A stretch of 64,000 nt of DNA from Antedon mediterranea (taxonomy: Eukaryota > Animalia > Echinodermata). The DNA lies in the NCBI RefSeq assembly GCF_964355755.1, contig NC_092679.1:22241432-22305431 (forward strand), in the 5' to 3' direction. The notes under the pieces were generated by a model. The model was not told the origin of the DNA, searched no databases, and worked only from the letters and a program-made list of their open reading frames with translations. Positions 57,073-64,000 of this stretch are shown piece after piece (the stretch's first letter is position 1; each line of letters opens with the position of its first letter). Made by a program: the position numbers and the translations under genes.

Positions 57073-57372
57073 GCTGGGTTCCCGCTAGAGACGCAACACA
57101 AGGACGTAACACAAAGTATGTAAGTTGATTGAACAATCACAAGCGATAGATTATTCGAACTGTCATTTGTCATTGGTCAACTCGCTAAAGCTTGGTTCTC
57201 ACTAGGACGTAACGCAACGTAAGTGAGTTGACCAATCAAAAGTTATGGATTATTCGAACTGTCACTTGTCATTGGTCAACTCGCTAAAGCTTGGTTCTCA
57301 CTAGGACGCAACGCAAGGACTTAACGCAACGTAAGTGAGTTGACCAATCAAAAGCAATGGATCATTCGAACT
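57073..57372. mobile_element. Head-to-tail partial MITE family B copies
   Basis: Three successive GCT(T/G)GGTTC(T/C)C(A/G)CTAG starts at ~57074, 57190, 57289 with ~100-115 bp spacing. Confidence 0.7.
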
Positions 57373-60300
57373 GTTGTTTTTCACCATTCTAACTGTATAA
57401 ATAATAAAACATATGTACTTACCATGCACACAAATTAAAATGATCGTATGATGTCTCGTCATAACATCCTCTTCGTAAAAGTATTATTAAACTATTCGCA
57501 AAATAATACCGTACCGCTTACTTTGGAAACAGTCAAATATGACCTATATCAGACACTGTATCACGTATAAAATCATCGACCTCAATGCGTAATATGACGT
57601 AGCGTACTACTGTAACCACCATCCTTTTCAAATAATCTAGGCCTAACAATTATAGAAAATATGATTAAGACATCGTTATCCATGGAGATCGGTCCTACTG
57701 CTAAAATATCTGAAACAGCCCTTGTCATCCCGGGTATCAATGCAGTCACATAACCGACAACGAGTAAACAATTGTGAAAATAGATTCGTTACCACCCCTT
57801 AACAATCAGCTACAATCCTAAATAAACACAATATTACAATTATTGTTGCACTAGTGTTTACAGTGTGTCAATATCGAACCAGAATAAAAGTTGTCTTTAT
57901 TTTTCAGAATATCTTTTTGTGTTTGTTCTCCTTTAAATCTGTTCGTTTAGCCGGGCTCTCGTGGGAGTACCGGGCTCTCGTGGGAGTGCGTGTACACACG
58001 GTGAATATAAACTGTGTTAGCTCTGGTTATATGCATAGCTTTCGTTTTGAGAAAAGATACGTTGAAGTGAAAATACATCTCCCCCAGACTAATGTTATTT
58101 ATTATGATTATATATGGCATGTATATACAGTAAGCGACTTTAAAGCGACCATACTTCTGACGAGAACGCTAAGTGGCCCTTCATCGCTGGAGGCCTCGGG
58201 CGTTTTTAGACTGTTTCGACATATTATTTTAATGCCTGTTGGCCCCTGGGTGTACCAGTGAGCGCTCATAGCCATTGGAGAAGGAGCGATGTCAGTCTGG
58301 TAACACTCATACATGAGCGCGTTACAACGTGTTCACAGTTAATCAATGAACATTTCAGCCAATATCAAACCCTATTTTATCATGAACTTTATCGGAATAA
58401 TCTTTCACGAACTCATATTTAAACACAATTTAATTTCAGACAACAATTAAAATTAATTCAGCATTAGTCTCCGGTACACCATTGGTATAAAAAGTTTCAC
58501 CTAACGTCAAACCCTATTTTATCATGAACTTTATCGCTATAGTCTTTCACAAATTCATTTTTAAAATTATATTTCAGACAATTGTTCTTAAACAAATTTA
58601 GCGTAGGTACTAACATATAACAAGAAAAAGTTAATAACTCATAGAGGGCGCTATGCTACTTAGGCAGTACATCATAGGTAAAAATACGTCCATTACGAAA
58701 TCTTGATTTTAATATAAATCTAAAAATGAACAATGTACAAAATAATATGCGAAAAAAAAACTTATGAGTGTAAATGGCTACAATTCTTTATTTACCTTTT
58801 TTTAAAGTAGGCCTACTTTGGTACAATTCGGAACTATATACATAATGAACACAATTGGTGGTGAGTCAAACAGCTCAATTTAAAAACCCTTGTGCAATTT
58901 TGGTATCCGTGTATTTTACTATAATTATGACGTCAACAGTCGTTGAATATTTTAGCTAAAACTATCGAGGGAGATGGTGAACCGCGTTTAAATGTTTAAA
59001 CCGCCGAAGGAGCGAAAATAGTTGGCTAGTGCACAGTGACGGTGCAGCACCGTGGAAGGCCTACGACAATTTACCGTCTGCCAGGACCTTTTCTACTCTC
59101 AAAATCTATAATTTGTCTTAATAGTAAGTGGAGTATAGTTTAGCCAGTATACAAACGTAGGAAAATTAGTGTCCCCAGCGGTCTATTATGATCATATAAT
59201 ATCTACAAAAACTTAGACTGTTCACCATTTCCCCCCGCATTTCCCTCATTGTAAAATCAGTAAGGTCCGAGATCAGGGTTTTCGAATTTTAATCAAGCTC
59301 CAATTAGATTCCAACTATTTTTATAAATTACTTTATAAACCAAAAAGAGGTCAAACCATTTATTGACCTTTCACTTGAACTTAACCCTATAGTTACAAAA
59401 TCATAAAACTTAAGTCTGGTGTAACGGACGTGACAAAACACATGTACGTAATTTGATTACATACGACGGGGTACATACTACAACAAGAAATACATTGTTT
59501 TTAAAAAACAAACAAAAAACATCCGTAAAGTATTCTCTAAATAACTTTATGACCGTATCATAAATCTGGGAAAAACGTAACTGTACAATTCAAAGCTTTT
59601 TTGAAGCCATAACAAAATCTCAAAGTTCTTTGTAAAACAATTCCTAAATACAATAAATACTGTAAAGTTAAAACTAAAACGAAAAAAAGCTAGCGTTTGG
59701 CACATAGTTCTAAGCGAACATCACGAAGAATCACGAAGAAAAAAACATGGAAACGGTAGACAACAGGTAACTGAACAATGACGCTCGGAAATAAAATAAA
59801 ATTCATTAATTATTATCAAATAATTAAATAAATACATGAAGCATAATTATTATTGCTTTGGCATATTGTTAATTTAAGGGAAGTTAGGCCTATACGTTTT
59901 AATGTAAATTAAAATGACCAGAATTTATATAGGTGTGTCAATGGACGACCATTTAAAAAAATCATTGTGAATGATGATGATTGACGCTAATGTTATCGAT
60001 GACCGACCCATAACATCAATCAAGTATCAAGCAAACAAGTATGACATGATGACGTTACTGTTGATGACGTCATTGCTATGGATATGTTGATACAGACAGA
60101 TAATGTTGTTAATGACGTCATTATTAATGTTGTTGGCGGAATATTGGCAAGTTATCGATGATAATGACAATTAACACTGATGATGATGATAATGATGATA
60201 AATGGTGTTAATTACGAAATTATAATGTTTTTAAAGTTTATTTTAAAGATTTCTAAACAACGTGCACCCGATTCTCGATGCTGTATCTCCACATATTATA

Positions 60301-60920
60301 ATAGATAATTGTGCAGTATCATAGGCAAATAGACAGTAATACAGGATGTGATGGCCCTATATCATGGATTAGGTTAAGGCCCATAATACCTGCCTCATAT
60401 GCGAAACAACATTACCACGGATTACCTATGTGGGGAGGGAAGGGTGGGGGAGGTGACGAGTTACAATACTGAGAATCGGCTGACCAGCTAGTGACAATTT
60501 CACAATATATTGTTGTTGTCTTGGATAAAGGCTGCGATTGATTTGGCCGCGTTCTATATACATCGGCCGCTTTACATTAAAAAAATTAGTTCCGCAGCAT
60601 CTCACATCGCAGCATCTCTATTTCTTACAAAACGTGTTGAATGAATAAATATATTGTATTAAAGCAATAATTTTCAGAGCAAAAATATCAAAATATACAA
60701 TTTATGTGGTTTTAGACTATTTCAGTCTATTTTTTGGTTCTGAAGATTTGACAAAAGGTCAGCAAAAGCTTATGAAAAATACATTTTAAAATACATTAAA
60801 TAACGGTGTTTCTTCATTACACAAAACAAAATAATTTACGAATCAAAGTAAAATCTCACGTTACCATTAACATCACCATCCTCTGACATAACTTACGACA
60901 CAAAGACGACATTTTGAAGA

Positions 60921-61988
60921 TTACGAAGATTTCCCACTATTGTTTCCATAAACAGTGTCTCTTAATTTAATCATCTCTTCTTTCAACGCCGCTAACTCAA
61001 TTCTCAATCGCATGTTCTCTTGTTCAAGTAACGCCGCTCTAATAGCTATTTGGTCCTCTTTGGCCCTCCTTGCATCCCTCGACCGTTTCGCTGCTTCGTT
61101 ATTTTTCCGCCGCCTCTCCCAATAAGTATCATCCTTCATGTGATGTTCTTCTGTTGAAGGCTTTCTCTTTTTCGCTTTCTTTTTCTGAGTGTCGTCTAAC
61201 CCATGTGGATATAACTCATTAATGTCGTCTTTGTATGAGTCGTTCCCGTCACTGGTTAGCTCGTCCTCGTCCACTCCGTTCTCGGTTTTAACATTCCCAT
61301 CACCGTTCTCACTTTCCCGTTGCCGAAGCTTGTCTGCCTCTGTCGCTAACGTCATCAGGTGATGTGTACTCGAAACAGGCGTACCATTAGGAGTGTTGTT
61401 TACTCGTAGCGGTAACGGAGACGATGCATGTAGTTTCCCGCCAAGCGCGTACCCTCCTAACGATGGCAGACTAGGCAAAAAATCACGACCAGTGGTGTAA
61501 GCTTTGAATGGCCTCATCTGTTTACCATCTACGCTGTGCTGCAGTAAATGAGACACCAACTGAGATTGGTCTGGACTTTGGTAGAGTATGCCACCGGAGA
61601 ATTGAATAGAAGACATTCCTGGAGGTAACCCACCGATAAATGGAGAAAACTGCAATGGTTTATTCGGGATCGCCTTGGACGTCGTGTCTGATTTTAAAGC
61701 GTTCGCGCCTTTTTTAGAATAGTCAACAGGCTGGTCGTCCTTAAGTGAACTCGTGGATGTCGGACTAGGTCCTTCATCAATTTTCAAAGTATTTGAATCG
61801 TCATCATCAGTGACGTCATTATTTTCTTTTTTATTATTATCCTTTTTACTAAAATTGCTTTTGTTTTCATTATTCAATGGCTCATTTGCAGAAATATTAG
61901 TATCAACATCAGACAAAGTTTTTTCCTTAACAGAAGATGAAAGATCGTCTGCAATGGGCTTGTCGTTCGGTTCTTCGGTACCCGCCAT
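60921..61988 (-). CDS. PAR-bZIP transcription factor, giant/ces-2-like
   Basis: C-terminal b[51 protein letters not shown]; RPFKAY and PVDYS motifs; ATG at 61988 (aaaATGGCG) follows a likely acceptor ttttgcag at 62019, implying an upstream exon. Confidence 0.85.
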   Translation of the reverse strand: MAGTEEPNDKPIADDLSSSVKEKTLSDVDTNISANEPLNNENKSNFSKKDNNKKENNDVTDDDDSNTLKIDEGPSPTSTSSLKDDQPVDYSKKGANALKSDTTSKAIPNKPLQFSPFIGGLPPGMSSIQFSGGILYQSPDQSQLVSHLLQHSVDGKQMRPFKAYTTGRDFLPSLPSLGGYALGGKLHASSPLPLRVNNTPNGTPVSSTHHLMTLATEADKLRQRESENGDGNVKTENGVDEDELTSDGNDSYKDDINELYPHGLDDTQKKKAKKRKPSTEEHHMKDDTYWERRRKNNEAAKRSRDARRAKEDQIAIRAALLEQENMRLRIELAALKEEMIKLRDTVYGNNSGKSS

Positions 61989-62245
61989 TTTGTTTCTCTT
62001 TTGTCTATGTCCAATTGCCTGCAAAACAAACCAAATATTCGTTATAAGATGGCCCTCTTACCAGGCCACTTGTTACTGTAGTCTTGCTAGCGTGCTCATT
62101 ATTGAGTGTGACGTCATCATTGTCTGGTTTCAGTTGACTATGCACAGCATTTGTGTGAGACCAGTAATACATTTTTTTTTCATTATTGATTAATTTCTCA
62201 ATTAGGCCTACATTTGAATAGATAAATAGCATGTAAACGCCAAAC

Positions 62246-62713
62246 AGGAGAGCACCTATAATATTTCTCCTATTGTCAGGAGAGATCTTACTAAGGTGCT
62301 CTGATTTCTCCCTATAGAACCTTTAAGATTTCTCCTCTTATCAGGAGGAGAGATCTTAGGTGCTGCTCTGACCTCCTCCTGTCTGGAGGAGAGATCTTAA
62401 AGGGGATCTCCTCCTGTCTGGAGGAGAGATCTTAAAGGTACTTTCCTCCTGACAGGAGAGCACCTATAAAATTTCTCCTCTTATCAGAACGGAGATATCT
62501 TACTAGTGCTCTGATCTCCTGTCTGGACAGATCCTCCTGTTGGGAGAGCACCATTACGATTTCTCTTCTTGTCAGGGGGACTGAGAGATGTTACTGCTCT
62601 GATCTCCTCCTGTCTGGAGAAGAAATCTTGTAGGTGCTCTCCTCTCAACATACAGGATGGAGAGCTCCTATAAGATTTCTCCTCAATTGTTAGGGGGAGA
62701 GATAGGTGCTCTA
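62246..62713. mobile_element. Fold-back/MITE-like element with internal palindromic repeats
   Basis: Ends AGAGCACCTA / TAGGTGCTCT; interior built from repeated CTCCTCC-TGTCT-GGAGGAG-AGATCT units. Confidence 0.6.
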
Positions 62714-64000
62714 ATCAATGTATACTAGACACTTAGGCTATCTGTTCTCGGATGTCAAGAAATGAATACTTGTACCATCCAGATAATTATTGTCTACATA
62801 CAGTATGCCTCCACCTGCATTACAGTAGTCTACTTTAGCCTACTAATCTATACACTCCTACTCTCTATAGGCCTCCGTGGCGTGTCTTATTAAATTGTAG
62901 ATTGTATGAAGCAGGACAGATATTTGCATTGACATTATTGACTAACGAGAGTCGCAAACTGACTAAAATGCTCATTGCAATAAAACATTATTTCTATGTT
63001 AAAACAGTGAAAACCTGTTACAAAGACGATTAAGTTAGGCCTACACGTCTCCACGGAAATTACACGGTCCACAATCGCGGCAGCAGCCAACGAGACGATT
63101 TGTTGGCGCATGCCTGTTTAGTCAAACGGCTGCTGCGGCTGTTACATAATATTACGCAAACGTTCCAAGGTATACTACACAACAATGAAGGATTTTTAGA
63201 ATTCAAGGTAATTTCTACTCTCATTCAATTACCAAGGAATGGTTCTTCAAAATATTGAGACAAAACTTATACCAACACAATTTGTTGAAAATTAAGCTAA
63301 AATTGCCAAATAAAGGATCGAGACACACCCTTACGTAACCATCGGTACACACAAAAACAGACGACCTTTTTTACGATTAGGAAAACCCCAGTTGTAATTA
63401 AATGTGGTAAAATGTGGATAAAATCCACTTAACATAAATAATTCTTTACATATTATTAAATTATAGATTTTACGTACCTTACGTATTGCTGTACAATTGT
63501 AAAAACATGAAAAAATCGGTTTTAACGCATTCAAAACGTGTGATTAATCTCTGTAGAGCTGAAACCATACACAGCGCCAGGGAAGGATGACCTTAACGTG
63601 AACTCGTGAATCAACAATAACAGTTGAGATGTACATGTGGTAAAGAAACTGGCCAATCAGAGTGTCCGGAACTGCAACGATAACGGTTAAAATGCATATA
63701 ACGGGATACTTGATTGGACATTCCTGAGTGATTGCGTAACGCCTCAAGCTAAACAGTAAAGGTGAATTAAGGACACTGTTCTGAGGCTGAGTAATGCACT
63801 TACGATGAATACCGCGACAATCACGTAAGCCTTTCATCAACAAAACGATACGCGGTTAGAATTTATTTAAGTACCGCCGCGACATTATTATTAATAATAA
63901 AAGGAAGTAGATTTTGGGCCTAGAGGAATGTTTTTGAATTTAAAATAAATTGAATCCAATTAATACTTCTACAATAAATACATTCGTTTTTGCAAAGAAA

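Noticed and set aside
58360-58580. ~140-bp local direct duplication (CAAACCCTATTTTATCATGAACTTTATCG twice)
   Set aside because: Real but small and diverged, with no termini or coding features to suggest function.

Overview
AT-rich animal genomic DNA with spliceosomal introns; the repeat families and motif content suggest an invertebrate deuterostome or echinoderm (inference). Six protein-coding loci are supported: DHX57 (minus strand, 17 exons seen, continues past the left edge), PEX6 (plus strand, head-to-head with DHX57 with 210 bp between ATGs), an intronless PDIK1L/STK35-family kinase lacking the catalytic HRD Asp, RCE1 (9 coding exons, stop codon inside a 74-bp minisatellite), FAM181, and a giant/ces-2-like PAR-bZIP factor. 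The most unusual structure is 1-7780: a >7.7 kb array of ~1.5-1.6 kb Helentron-associated (HINE/DINE-1-like) non-autonomous elements in a DHX57 intron. It has two alternating subfamilies, stacked orphan hairpin termini with a compensatory stem change, and one unit that appears inserted into the A-rich tract of another. Other candidates are a 27-nt PEX6 microexon, a D-box cluster upstream of the bZIP coding exon, and a CpG/TAGGCCTA compositional switch at ~46.5 kb. All coordinates and counts were read by eye; no searches were run.
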